Assembly: GCA_963422735.1 (NCBI GenBank)
Contig: OY730476.1
Span: 2,944,001-3,008,000 of the forward strand
From: Candidatus Latescibacterota bacterium
Lineage (GTDB): Bacteria > Latescibacterota > UBA2968 > UBA8231
Reading direction: 5' to 3'
DNA length: 64,000 nucleotides
Shown: positions 20,389 through 30,801 of the stretch, one piece after another
Numbering within the stretch: position 1 is the first letter of the stretch
How the letters are laid out: every line of letters begins with the position of its first letter
The notes under the pieces: model-generated
Told to the model about the DNA's origin: nothing
Databases searched by the model: none
What the model saw: the letters and a program-made list of their open reading frames with translations, nothing else
Position numbers and translations under genes: made by a program

Positions 20389-20750
20389 ATGACTTGATCT
20401 CACTCCATTAGTGGCTACCAGCGTATAAAAGCGTGGTTCGGGTACTAGAGGAAATGGATTGTCCCTAACAGTATGATGCTACTCACAATGATTGATGATT
20501 CCTACAGTTCGGAATGGAATTATTGCATGGGAGAATAGGAGCCTTCGTATGCCGATAGATATCGGTTGGCTAGTAAAAAACGCACGAGAGTGGGATGCCC
20601 GCTGATTGGTGATTGACTTCACAGTATGGAGATTCTGTGAAATGAAGATCGCAGAAGATAAAATTCAAAAAAATATAAAATCACTGTTTATGGTGTGCAT
20701 TGTATTTCAGCTCCTTGAAGAATTTTGCCGTGAAAGGAGCGTGTCGTCAG

Positions 20751-20837
20751 CGTGTAACACGACCGTGAGCGGCTCGGCGCATTCGCGCCTCCGCTCAACT
20801 GCCTTCGACAGTTCGCGCACGATGGGAACGTTACACG
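20751..20837 (+). other. attC-like integron cassette recombination site A
   Basis: CGTGTAAC ... GTTACACG perfectly complementary ends, inner CGTGAGCG/CGCGCACG arm and internal hairpins; 87 bp. Confidence 0.7.
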
Positions 20838-20899
20838 AAAACCGTGGCCGGGCTATATTTCTTCTGTGATAGACGAATCTGAGCAACTCAATCGTTAGC

Positions 20900-21490
20900 A
20901 TGGCAAGGCAACCTCTACAAGTGATCGTGATACCGTTCAGGGAGAGTGAGAATGTCGGATACCAGTTTGCCGTCTTTCATCGGGCGGATGACTCTATATG
21001 GCAGTTCATTGCAGGTGGTGCTGAAGGCGACGAGACGACAGAGCAAACCGCACGGCGTGAGGCGGAAGAGGAAGCAGGCATTCCAGATGGGACACGTTTC
21101 TTTTGGCTGGATTCTCGTGCATCCGTCCCAAAGACGGCATTCTCACCAACAGAACACTGGCCCAAGGACATCTTGGTCGTACCTGAATACTCATTTGCTG
21201 TTGATGTAAGTGGTCAAGAACTTGATTTGTCCCATGAACATGACAAGGTGAGCTGGTTGTCTTTTAAGGAAGCCGCGAGGCTACTCACATGGGAAAGCAA
21301 CCGAATCGCACTCTGGGAACTTAACGAACGTCTGAATACCGACCAGATTGACGAGCTTCTGGCTATGGATGACGGGTCGTCCACCCGGCCACGGCAGAAA
21401 GTCGCGCTTCGGTCAGCAATCAACGGTCGCCGCAATGAACCAACGGCTCTTCGAGGACCAAGGAAGCAGGAATCCCTTTTCGCTGGTTGA
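20900..21490 (+). CDS. NUDIX hydrolase (dATP pyrophosphohydrolase-like), C-terminus probably extended by fusion
   Basis: GGAEGDETTEQTARREAEEEAGI Nudix box; LSHEH..W motif. Confidence 0.88.
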   Translation: MARQPLQVIVIPFRESENVGYQFAVFHRADDSIWQFIAGGAEGDETTEQTARREAEEEAGIPDGTRFFWLDSRASVPKTAFSPTEHWPKDILVVPEYSFAVDVSGQELDLSHEHDKVSWLSFKEAARLLTWESNRIALWELNERLNTDQIDELLAMDDGSSTRPRQKVALRSAINGRRNEPTALRGPRKQESLFAG

Positions 21491-21822
21491 GTAGCAGCAA
21501 TGGCTTAAGGCTTGGTTGGATAGCGACGAATGGGAGGTAGTCCTGTTCATATATCCCAACGGGGTCATACTTAGGCTACGCGGTCTACAGAGTTCAGGGC
21601 GGTTATTACTATCCAGACCAAGAAGTCGTTTACCTCCGTCAGTTCTTAATTGATTGGACCCATCGTGGACAAGGCGTAGGCAGCGCGGCTTACCAACTCT
21701 TGTCGAACAAGCGATTTCTCGGGAGAGATGTTTCGTTGGACGTGTTAGCTACTAACCCAAGAGGGAAACACTTCTGGCAAAAGTTAGGCTTCGAGGAGTA
21801 TTTCGCGTCGATGAAGAACTGA
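21400..21822 (+). pseudogene. Degraded GNAT acetyltransferase
   Basis: Not in the ORF track. MNQRLFEDQGSRNPFSLVE*QQWLKAWL / frameshift / LGYAVYR..YLRQFLID..RGQGVG..DVLATNPRGKHFWQKLGF..KN*. Confidence 0.8.
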
Positions 21823-21834
21823 CGGAGCCAAATC

Positions 21835-21907
21835 CTGTAACAACGCACGTTTGCCGCACGCCGCCCTGTTGGCGGTTTGGCCTCCGGCAATCGGTGGAGC
21901 GTTATAT
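21835..21907 (+). other. attC-like site B
   Basis: CTGTAAC 12 bp after the GNAT stop ... GTTATAT 17 bp before the next ATG; inner TTGCCG/CGGCAA and CCGCC/GGCGG stems. Confidence 0.65.
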
Positions 21908-21924
21908 GCAATGCATGAGAAATT

Positions 21925-22353
21925 ATGACTTCAAATCCATCTGTTCGGCTAGCTGAAAATTCGGATCGCAACTCGGTATTTCGTCTTGCCAAGGACTTCG
22001 CCTCCTCATTCGAGGTGGAGAGACAAGAGTTCGATGTCGTCTTTGATCGGATTCAGCATGAGGATTCGATCTGGCTTGGGGTAGCAGAGTCCGATGCGGA
22101 GATCATTGGGTATCTTCTGGGATTAGACCATTGCACGTTTTTCGTAAATGGTCGAGTTGCTTGGATTGAAGAAGTAGCGGTACATCAAGATTGGCGACGA
22201 CGCGGGGTAGGCCGCGCTTTGACCACCGCTTTCGAAAACTGGACGATCAATCGTGGTGCGAAACTTATAGCACTTGCGACGCGTCGCGCTGCGAAGTTCT
22301 ATCAGTCGCTGGGTTACGAGGAATCAGCTACGTACTTTCGGAAGTTAACATAG
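21925..22353 (+). CDS. GNAT family N-acetyltransferase (candidate cassette gene)
   Basis: WIEEVAVHQDWRRRGVGRAL..AAKFYQSLGYE. Confidence 0.92.
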   Translation: MTSNPSVRLAENSDRNSVFRLAKDFASSFEVERQEFDVVFDRIQHEDSIWLGVAESDAEIIGYLLGLDHCTFFVNGRVAWIEEVAVHQDWRRRGVGRALTTAFENWTINRGAKLIALATRRAAKFYQSLGYEESATYFRKLT

Positions 22354-22626
22354 TTCAAGAGAGTACTGTAATAGCACGTTCTTGCGCTGCACCGCCTGCG
22401 GCGTTCGTCCGATTACTTCCCCGGCGTGTGGTCCTCGACCTTTGGCATTATCTACTGCTCGCCGATAAGGATGGGAAGGGCACCTGTTGAGTTCATGGTT
22501 CGGTCCTTTTTTGTCGCAATGTGGTCACCGGCGAATTGAGATGGGGCGCGAATCCGGCTGGCAGTGCAAATGGCCGGGCAATCCCAGAACGACGATCACT
22601 TCGGCTGTCCTCATCCCCGCCACCAA

Positions 22627-24115
22627 TCAGCGAAGCATCATGAACGTTGATAATGGCAAACTGACGATCCGCGGATCGTCCACCGTGCCAGAATTATCTT
22701 GCGTCACGAGAATTCCGAACGGCGCATTATTTACGGACTTTTCCAAAAACGAGCGCAAACCCAACGTATCTCGGAATGGATCTATGCGTCTCTGGTATTT
22801 GATTTCTACCGGGATACGCACGCTGCCGACCGTCAACACAAAGTCAACTTCCTGGTCCGTACCTCTTTCGGGGAAGTGAGCAATGTCCAAGCCGTGAATT
22901 GTTGACGCAACCGACCCGAAAATACTCTCCGCCAAATGACCAGCCAACGTCGTGAGTTCGGGGTGCTGCTTTAGGTCGTCTGGTACAAGGGGAATATGTT
23001 CTTGCAGCCAACTGGCTCTGAGCCCGTGGTCCACTAGGCAAAGTTTCGGACTGCCTCGTCTTCGCTTGAGGCGAATTTCCAGCGGTGGAATAAGGCGCAA
23101 TAAGAGCGTATCCCCAAGGAACTTCAGATAGTGAGTAACGCGCTGGGAGCCAATGTTCGCCCCCAGTGAGAATCGTGCTTCTTCCGCCAAATTGGCTATC
23201 CTCGGGGTCTGACCGGCATAGCGGCAAACCAGCCGGAACAATTCTTCCAAGAGATTTTTATCTCGCTTCCGCCCCCGCTCGCCGATTCTCAAATCGTGCT
23301 GAATGACCCTTTTGATGACCGTCTCGTTGAGATGATCGGCCAATTGAGAGAATTCCGCCTCTTTCTCGCGATGGACGATGGGATAGCCACCGCGCTCCGA
23401 AAAATGAACGAATGCCTCTGCGCGAAATTCTCCATGTTCAATCCCGTGTTCGCGCAAGCCATGCCAAAAGTCCTTGTCCAACAGATTCGCCAGACCATTA
23501 TCTCTGAGAAAAGGTGCTGGCGTCGCAAAGCCGCGTAGCGCACCAATTTCAGTGAGCGAAAGGACCCCTGCTTCGATCGTATTGATTCGACCGGCGAGAC
23601 TGTCGCGTCCCAATTCGATGCGCAGTGCCGAGCTGCCGGTGACGACCACTTTGACGGAAGCGTTATCAACCAACGACTTGAGTTGCACATCCCAACCATC
23701 GAGGTTTTGAATCTCGTCAAAAAACAAGTAGGCCGTTGCGCCAGCTTGAGCTAACGCATTGAACCGCTTTGGGGTAATGCGCCGTTCAAACCAATCCGAA
23801 ATGCGCAAGATCGGTTCCTGCAACTTGGTCAAGGTCCTAAGATCGTCGAACTGGACGCGAAGAGTCCGTCTCGGATCCACGCCCTCTTCGAGCAAGTCTT
23901 GAATGATTTGAAACTGCGCCGTGGTCTTGCCGATTTGGCGCGGTCCTCGGACGACAACAATCGGCGCGATATTGGCATCCAAACGTCGGCGCATCTGCGC
24001 CACCAAATGCCGTCTCGCCGGTGGCTTCTTCCCACCACGGATTGAATCGCCGCAAACTATCGCCAAGAGCCGACGGGAGGCCAGAGTCAACGAAAAACGT
24101 GGGTTGCTCAAGCAT
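22627..24115 (-). pseudogene. AAA_14/DUF4143 ATP-binding protein, frameshifted near the N-terminus
   Basis: GPRQIGKTT, FFDEIQ, TGSS, EVDFV..PVEIK. The N-terminal MLEQ..RFNPWW segment lies in a different frame; break near 24020. Confidence 0.75.
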
Positions 24116-24270
24116 GATCCCAATCTTCGTTTGGAGCCAGTACAACTTGCGTACAGTGCACATAATCAAACCGGCACCGTTGTCAACGAGCCGCCACATC
24201 GACGGTAGGGTAACACTTGACGTAACATAGGATGTGAAACAGCTTTCGCGACAGATAACGAGGAGACAAA

Positions 24271-25075
24271 ATGAATAAGCCCAATCACCCTACAACCCCG
24301 CGATTCTCTCGGTCGAGAAGATCTGGGACCGCGGCTCCCACAATGCCTTTACCAATCTGGTGCGCTTCGCCGATCTGTGGTGGTGTACCTTCCGCGAGGC
24401 CCAAAATCACGGAGCGAGCATCGGGACGGTGCGAGTCATTTGCTCAGACGATGGCCGCGCTTGGGAGTCGGCGGCAGTGCTAGCGGAACAGGAGGTGGAC
24501 CTGCGCGATCCCAAGCTGTCGGTCGCCAGCGACGGACGCCTGATACTGATGGCCGGCGGCAGCCTGTACGCAGGCACCCAGTACCGCACCCGTGCGTCGC
24601 GCATTGCCTTTTCAAACGGCGGCTATACGGCTATACGCTATACTTGGACTAAGCCGCAGAAAGTGCTGGCCGAAGACCACTCTGTGGCGCGTCACTTGGC
24701 ACGAGGGAACCGCCTACAGCGTATCGGACTGGGCGAGGGCTCCCATCCGCGCCGGGGGTTCCTCTACTCCAGCACCGAGGGTCTCGACTGGCGGTGGATC
24801 ACCGATCGGGACCAGCCAATCTCCGTACACAGACTGGCAGTGGACCCAGATCGGCGAGCAGATAGGAGGACCTAATTTTATCCGCTAGTCGGATAGTGCT
24901 CGCGGGCGGCATCCCGACAGCGGCGCGGCCATGGTCCACGCCGACCCGTTATGAGCCGGTGCTATGGCTACCCAGCGGCGACTGTAGCTACCCCGGCATG
25001 GTCGAACACGAGGGCTTGCTGCTATTCGTCGCACGAGGGAAAAACCAGTATTTATCTGGCGCGAAACGCAGTCTA
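24271..25075 (+). pseudogene. BNR/sialidase-like beta-propeller, multiple frameshifts
   Basis: KIWDRGSHNAFTNL, SDDGRAW Asp-box, DLRDPKL, LPSGDCSYPG spread over several frames. Confidence 0.75.
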
Positions 25076-25149
25076 GACAGACGCGCCCGCCGCTGGCTCC
25101 GAGCGGCGTCTATCGCATATTACCCGACCCATTCCAACCGCGAGAAGCC

Positions 25150-26886
25150 ATGCCCGACCTAATTGACCCTATCCAATTCGAGGTTATCCGCAACGCCTTA
25201 CTCGAAGCTACCGAGGAGATGGCCGTTGCCCTCCGGCGCAGTGCCTATTCGACCAACATCAAAACCCGCGCCGATTTCTCCTGCGCCTTTTTCGACCGCC
25301 AGTTGCGACCCGTTGCTCAGGCCTTTACCCAGCCAGTACACCTCGGCTCGCTGACGATCCTCACGCCTCGTGCGGTCGCCGAATACGGGCCTGAGAACTT
25401 GCAGGCCGGAGACGCGATCCTCGTCAATGACCCCTATCGCGGCGGAGTCCATCTCAACGACATCACGCTGATTTCGCCCGTCTATTGCGGCGAGGAACTC
25501 TTTGGCTATGTAGCCAATCTGGCCCACCACGTCGATGTCGGAGGTGGTGCGCCCGCTAGCATTGGCGCCTTTCAGCAGGTGTATCAGGAGGGCATCATCA
25601 TTCCCCCGGTAAAGCTGGTGTGCGCTGGAGAAATCGCGGCCGATGTCTTTGAGTTGGTCATTGCCCAGATCCGCTCCAAGCGCGAGACTCGAGGCGACTT
25701 TCGCGCCCAAGTGGCGGCCAATAATTCGGGGATTCGCCGGCTCAACGCCCTCGTCGAGCAGGTGGGGTTGGCACAGGTGTCTTTCTACATGGATCGGCTC
25801 ATCGACTACACTAGGGAGCGGACGCTATCCGAGCTGGCCAAGTTGCCCAAGGGAGAGTTCACCGCCACAGGCGTCGTCGATAACGACGGCTTTACCGACG
25901 AGCCGGTGCGGCTCGAGGTCCGCATCGTCATTGACGAAACGGGCGTACTCTTCGACCTAACCGGGTGCGATCCGCAGCGCCGGGCACCGGTCAATTCCAC
26001 CTACTCCCAGACCTTTGCGGCCTGCGCCTACGTGCTCAAGTGTCTGATGGATCAAGACGTGCCGGTCAACGCTGGATTTTACAAGCAGGTGCGGCTCGTG
26101 GCTCCCGAGGGAACGGTCGTCAACTGCACGGCACCTTCGCCGGTGGTTGGGGGCTGGGAGACCCAGGTGCGGCTGACCGATGTCCTGCTCAGGGCACTGC
26201 ATCCGGCACTGCCCGACAAGATACCGGCCGCGACCAAGGGGACGATGTGCCAAGTAGGGTTCGGCGGCACCGACCCGCGCACTGGGCAGCTTTATTCCTA
26301 CTACGAGACGATGGCCGGCGGCTATGGGGGGCGCAGTACCAAGGACGGGCCGGACGCTGTGCAGTGCCACGGTCAAAACACCGAGAACGCGCCGATTGAG
26401 GAGATAGAAATAAACTACCCGTTGCGGATTGATCGCTACGAGCTGATAGAGGACTCGGAGGGAGCTGGGCAGTATCGCGGGGGCTTGGGGCTGCGGCGCG
26501 ACTACCGATTTGTCGATCACGAAGTGTCCTTTACCGTTCTGTCGGATCGGGACCGCTGGGGGCCGGAAGGGCTGGCCGGGGGGCAAGCCGGGGGCAAGGC
26601 TCGGTACATCCTCGACCCCGAGGGCCAGCACGTCGAATTGGGCTCTAAGACAACGATCGCGCTGGCGGCCAATACGGTCTTTAGCTATCGCACTTGCGGC
26701 GGCGGCGGCCACGGGCCATCCCATCAGCGCGATCCCCAAGCGGTGGCCGAAGATGTGCGCGAGGGCAAGGTGAGCGCGGAGCGGGCGCGGGCCGCGTATG
26801 GGGTGGTCATCGACAGCACCACCGGGCAGGTCGATCCGGCGGCGACCAAGGCACGGCGGCGGGAGATGATAGACAATGGCCTATAG
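25150..26886 (+). CDS. Hydantoinase B/oxoprolinase family protein
   Basis: RSAYSTNIK..DFSCA, NDPYRGGVHLND, AHHVDVGG, GQYRGGLG, GGGGHG. Confidence 0.95.
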   Translation: MPDLIDPIQFEVIRNALLEATEEMAVALRRSAYSTNIKTRADFSCAFFDRQLRPVAQAFTQPVHLGSLTILTPRAVAEYGPENLQAGDAILVNDPYRGGVHLNDITLISPVYCGEELFGYVANLAHHVDVGGGAPASIGAFQQVYQEGIIIPPVKLVCAGEIAADVFELVIAQIRSKRETRGDFRAQVAANNSGIRRLNALVEQVGLAQVSFYMDRLIDYTRERTLSELAKLPKGEFTATGVVDNDGFTDEPVRLEVRIVIDETGVLFDLTGCDPQRRAPVNSTYSQTFAACAYVLKCLMDQDVPVNAGFYKQVRLVAPEGTVVNCTAPSPVVGGWETQVRLTDVLLRALHPALPDKIPAATKGTMCQVGFGGTDPRTGQLYSYYETMAGGYGGRSTKDGPDAVQCHGQNTENAPIEEIEINYPLRIDRYELIEDSEGAGQYRGGLGLRRDYRFVDHEVSFTVLSDRDRWGPEGLAGGQAGGKARYILDPEGQHVELGSKTTIALAANTVFSYRTCGGGGHGPSHQRDPQAVAEDVREGKVSAERARAAYGVVIDSTTGQVDPAATKARRREMIDNGL

Positions 26887-28972
26887 ACTCGGTGTCGATA
26901 TCGGCGGCACCTTTACCGACATTGCGCTCATTGACGAAGCGACCGGGCAAATCTATACCGGCAAGGTCTCCTCGACCCCTCAAGACCCATCCGGCGGATT
27001 TATGGAAGCCGTGCAGCGGCTACTCGCCAAGCAGCAAGTCGCCGCCCAAGATGTGGCCTACATCGTCCACAGCACTACGGTCGCCACTAACGCTATCATC
27101 GAAGGCAAGGTCGCGCCGACGGGCTTTATCACCACCGAGGGTTTCCGCGACATGCTGGAGATCGCCCGCCAGATCCGCCCCGCCCTATACGACTTGCAGT
27201 TTGAAAAGCCTCGTCCGCTGGTGCCGCGCCACCGCTGTTTTGGCGTACCCGAGCGCCTCGATGCTGGCGGCGCAGAGCTTATACCGCTCGACGAAGACGC
27301 CCTGCGCCGAGTAGCCAGCAAACTGCGCGACGAGGGCGTGGAATCCATCGCCGTCTGCTTTCTGCACGCCTACGCCAATCCGGCTCACGAGCGGCGGGCC
27401 GGGGAGATTCTCGCCGAGGTCTTTCCCGAGGCTGTCGTCTCGCTCTCGGCGGAGGTTGCGCCTGAGCTCCGCGAGTACTTGCGGGCCAGCACAACCGTGA
27501 TCAATAGCTGCATCCGCCCGGTGGTCGCGCGCTATTTGCAGCGGATCGAAGATCGGTTGGCACAGGCGGGTATCGCCGCCGAACTGCTCGTAATGCAGAG
27601 CAGCGGCGGGGTGTACACCTTTGCAGCGGCGCGGCAAAAACCGGTGTACATGGTCGAATCGGGGCCGGCCGCCGGGGTGATCGCGGCGGCGCATCTGGGG
27701 CAGGCGCGGGGTTATGAGCAAGTGATTTCCTTCGATATGGGCGGGACGACCGCCAAAGCTGGTCTGATCCAAGGCGGTACGCCCAGCGTGACCAAGGGCT
27801 ACGAGGTCGGGACGACGGCGCAATCGGGCGTCGGAGCGACCCGCGGTACTGGCTATCCGATTCGCACACCGGTGATCGACCTCGTGGAAATCGGCGCGGG
27901 TGGCGGGTCCATCGCTTGGGTGGATCCCGGCTGCATCCTGCGGGTCGGGCCCCAAAGCGCCGGGGCCGATCCCGGGCCGGCCTGCTATGGCCAAGGGGGG
28001 ACCCAACCCACGGTCACCGATGCCAATCTCGTATTGGGACGGCTCAACCCAAGCTATTTCCTCGGCGGCGAAATCGCCCTCGACCCGGCGGCGGCGCAAC
28101 ACTCCATCGAACAGCACTGCGCCCGGTCGCTAGGCATGGACTTGGTCGAGGCTGCCCACGGCATCGTCGAGATCGCCAACACCGCCATGGTCAACGCGCT
28201 GCGACTGGTCTCCGTGCAGCGCGGCTACGACCCCCGTGACTTCGCGCTGGTAGCCTTTGGCGGCGCGGGTCCGGCCCACGCCAACCGCCTCGCCTCCCTG
28301 ACCGAGATTCCCGTGGCAATCATTCCCCAAAGCCCAGGCACGGCCTCGGCACTGGGACTGTTGGTGACGGACTTAAAACACGATTACGCGGCCACGCTCA
28401 TCCAGCGACTGGACCAAGTAGCACCCCAAGCCTTGGAGCAGACCTTCCGCGAATTAGAGGCGCAGGGGCGGGAAATGCTTGGGCGCGAGGGGATGGCGGA
28501 AGCGGCGATGGGCTTCAGACGCCAAGTGGATCTGCGCTACGTTGGGCAGAGCCACGAGCTGACGCTGCCGTTGGCAACCAAAGCCATGGGCTTAGCGCAG
28601 CTAGAGCAGCTATCGAAACAGTTCCACCGTACGCACGATCGCGCCTATGGCTTTAGCGCGCCGGGCGAGGACGTTGAGCTGGTCAGTGTGCGACTCTCGG
28701 CCATCGGCCAGATCGCCAAACCCGCGTTGGCACCGCTGGCGAAGGCCGCCGGAGCAGCGACGGCCAAAGGACACCGTCCAGTGTATTTTGCCGAGAGCAA
28801 AGGATTCGTCGATTGTCCGGTGTACGACCGCTATGCTTTGGGGGCTGGCGCGGTGGTGCAAGGGCCGGCCATCGTCGAGGAGATTGATTCAACCACCGTC
28901 CTCCATCCTCAGTACCAAGTGTGCGTTGACGAGGTTGGGCAGATGACGCTGACGGCGGCTGAAGCGCGTTAA
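26876..28972 (+). CDS. Hydantoinase A/oxoprolinase family protein
   Basis: GVDIGGTFTD, TTVATNA, ESGPAAG, DMGGTT, GAGGGSIA, FGGAG. Confidence 0.95.
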   Translation: MAYRLGVDIGGTFTDIALIDEATGQIYTGKVSSTPQDPSGGFMEAVQRLLAKQQVAAQDVAYIVHSTTVATNAIIEGKVAPTGFITTEGFRDMLEIARQIRPALYDLQFEKPRPLVPRHRCFGVPERLDAGGAELIPLDEDALRRVASKLRDEGVESIAVCFLHAYANPAHERRAGEILAEVFPEAVVSLSAEVAPELREYLRASTTVINSCIRPVVARYLQRIEDRLAQAGIAAELLVMQSSGGVYTFAAARQKPVYMVESGPAAGVIAAAHLGQARGYEQVISFDMGGTTAKAGLIQGGTPSVTKGYEVGTTAQSGVGATRGTGYPIRTPVIDLVEIGAGGGSIAWVDPGCILRVGPQSAGADPGPACYGQGGTQPTVTDANLVLGRLNPSYFLGGEIALDPAAAQHSIEQHCARSLGMDLVEAAHGIVEIANTAMVNALRLVSVQRGYDPRDFALVAFGGAGPAHANRLASLTEIPVAIIPQSPGTASALGLLVTDLKHDYAATLIQRLDQVAPQALEQTFRELEAQGREMLGREGMAEAAMGFRRQVDLRYVGQSHELTLPLATKAMGLAQLEQLSKQFHRTHDRAYGFSAPGEDVELVSVRLSAIGQIAKPALAPLAKAAGAATAKGHRPVYFAESKGFVDCPVYDRYALGAGAVVQGPAIVEEIDSTTVLHPQYQVCVDEVGQMTLTAAEAR

Positions 28973-29038
28973 GGCGAGAGAATTCAATAATGGACGTATT
29001 GAGCGGTTCGACGGCAGTGGGATTAACTGAAGAGAATG

Positions 29039-29320
29039 CTACTGAGGAGATTGCAAACTTAACTGTTCGGGAATATCCGGTAATTCAATGGCTGAAATGC
29101 GGTTTTGTGCGACCGTACGCATCTGTGGATCGTGAGATATTATCACTTCTGCCTTTTGGACAATGGCGATGGCATCAATCTGGGCATCTATTCTTATGTG
29201 ACTACGGGGAGATCTTCCTTCTTCGAGTAATTTAGCTGCACTACGGCCTCGTTCTAATTCTGCTGCTAGAAACGCAGCGGGAGAGTCAAACACAGCAATG
29301 AAAAAGGATCGCTCGATAAT
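29039..29320 (-). pseudogene. PIN-domain toxin C-terminal fragment
   Basis: IAVFDSPAAFLAAELE..IRIDAQIDAIAIVQKAEVIISHD; N-terminus replaced by antisense ABC transporter sequence. Confidence 0.65.
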
Positions 29321-29665
29321 GGGTCGCTGACTCGCACCGAGCTGCAAGACGTGCTGTTGGAGGTCTGGCGGCGAGACCGGATTACCACATTCATGGTGAC
29401 CCACAATGTGGATGAGGCACTCTTCCTCTCCAACCGCATAGTGATGATGACCAGCGGCCCACAGGCCAAGGTCGGTGACATTCTGCCAGTAGAATTTCCG
29501 CGCCCGAGGGATCGGCGCACGGTGTGTGAGCACGAGCACTCCTACGATTTGCGCGGCCACCTATTGCACTTCCTCGACGGCCCAACTTTGGTCGAATCGG
29601 TCGCAGAACCGGATGAAAAACTGGAACCTCTAGGCGAAACCGCCCATAAAAAGCAAGTAGCTTGA
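29321..29665 (+). pseudogene. Nitrate/bicarbonate-type ABC ATPase (NrtC/D-like) C-terminal fragment
   Basis: LTRTELQDVLLEVW..MVTHNVDEALFLSNRIVMMTSGPQAKVGDIL..PRPRDR; no Walker A. Confidence 0.8.
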
Positions 29666-29697
29666 TCAGGATTCACGGTTTAACTTAATCCATACCT

Positions 29698-30117
29698 ATG
29701 CCATCTTTACGTTGGAAGAACGCCGTGCGTCTTGCAATCTATTCCGCATTTCTTTTTAGCGTAGTTGCATCCAGCACTAGTTACGCGCAAAAGGAGATCG
29801 TCTGGGGCGGCCAGATTCGGCCGCGCTACCAGTTACGCGATCCGTTCGGGAGCGACTACGACTCCTTCACTTCCATGCGGGTGCCGACTCAGCTAGTGGC
29901 CTCGCTCGATAGCGATGTCGATCTGATGATCCAGCTCCAAGATGTGCGCTTGTGGGGCGAGGAAAAGAATACTCTGACGGATTACAGCGCCGATAAATTT
30001 GACCTTCATCAGGGCTATGCCCACCTGAATAAACTGGGTGACGGCGACCATTCGCTCAAGATTCGTCGTCAGATCGTCGTCCTTGGCGGTCAGCGGCTGA
30101 CCGGCGCGGTTAAGTGA
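29698..30117 (+). pseudogene. Alginate-export family outer membrane protein, truncated
   Basis: Signal peptide, GQIRPRY, QLQDVRLWG, DLHQGY, RQ..GGQRL.GAV then stop at 139 aa. Confidence 0.7.
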
Positions 30118-30240
30118 ACTCAGCAACTCAGCAAGGCCGGGTTTTCGACGGTTTGCAACTGCTGCTGGCCACCCTCTTGGGGACAGGTGAACCTGACGGC
30201 GATTCAGGTAACTTCTGACTTGGGTGTTTTTTAATTCGAC

Positions 30241-30801
30241 ATGCCGCGTCGCGTCACAAAGCCGATCTCCCCGTCCGGACTGCGGTCTTTCTTTCAGCAC
30301 CTAGTCTTCCCCGGGTTTACTTCGTTGGGCATTGCCGACCGCGAAGTAGTCGAATACGTCGTCAATCTGCTAGTGAGCTTTGCTCGGACCGATCAGCTCT
30401 ACCGCATCCGCAATATGCGCGGCCAATCGCTTGAAACCATCGCCGAAATGCTGGTGGAACTCGGGCGTCAGCGTCAGCCAGAGTGGCGCTGGTCTTTAGA
30501 CCGCGAGATGGATATCCGTCGGCACGTAGGCGACTACGCGCTTTTTACCAGCGGGCTTTTCCGCACGTGGGTTGAGCAGAATGGGCTTGGCAGCTACTAC
30601 TTGGAGCAGGGAAGAAGGGCTTATGGAGCGGCAGCCGAACTGGCGCAGCTCGGCTGCGCGTCGCAAGCGCGGATCTTCAGTGCCCTAGAGGAGCAATTTG
30701 AGCATCTGTCCGGGGGGCTCGACTACGTGCGCAAGGTCTATATGCGGCCTGAGCCACACGACAGCGAGCAAGGAGTGCTGATGCGCCAGCTAGGCATTTA
30801 G
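30241..30801 (+). CDS. Conserved hypothetical protein
   Basis: Coherent 186-aa ORF (EYVVNLLVSFARTDQLYRIR..RRHVGDYALFTSGLF..YYLEQGRRAY). Confidence 0.75.
   Translation: MPRRVTKPISPSGLRSFFQHLVFPGFTSLGIADREVVEYVVNLLVSFARTDQLYRIRNMRGQSLETIAEMLVELGRQRQPEWRWSLDREMDIRRHVGDYALFTSGLFRTWVEQNGLGSYYLEQGRRAYGAAAELAQLGCASQARIFSALEEQFEHLSGGLDYVRKVYMRPEPHDSEQGVLMRQLGI

Noticed and set aside
19717-24300. Complete integron
   Set aside because: No tyrosine recombinase ORF anywhere in the window.
29039-29560. 173-aa ORF as an intact gene
   Set aside because: The N-half is antisense to the ABC ATPase fragment; only the PIN C-terminus is real.
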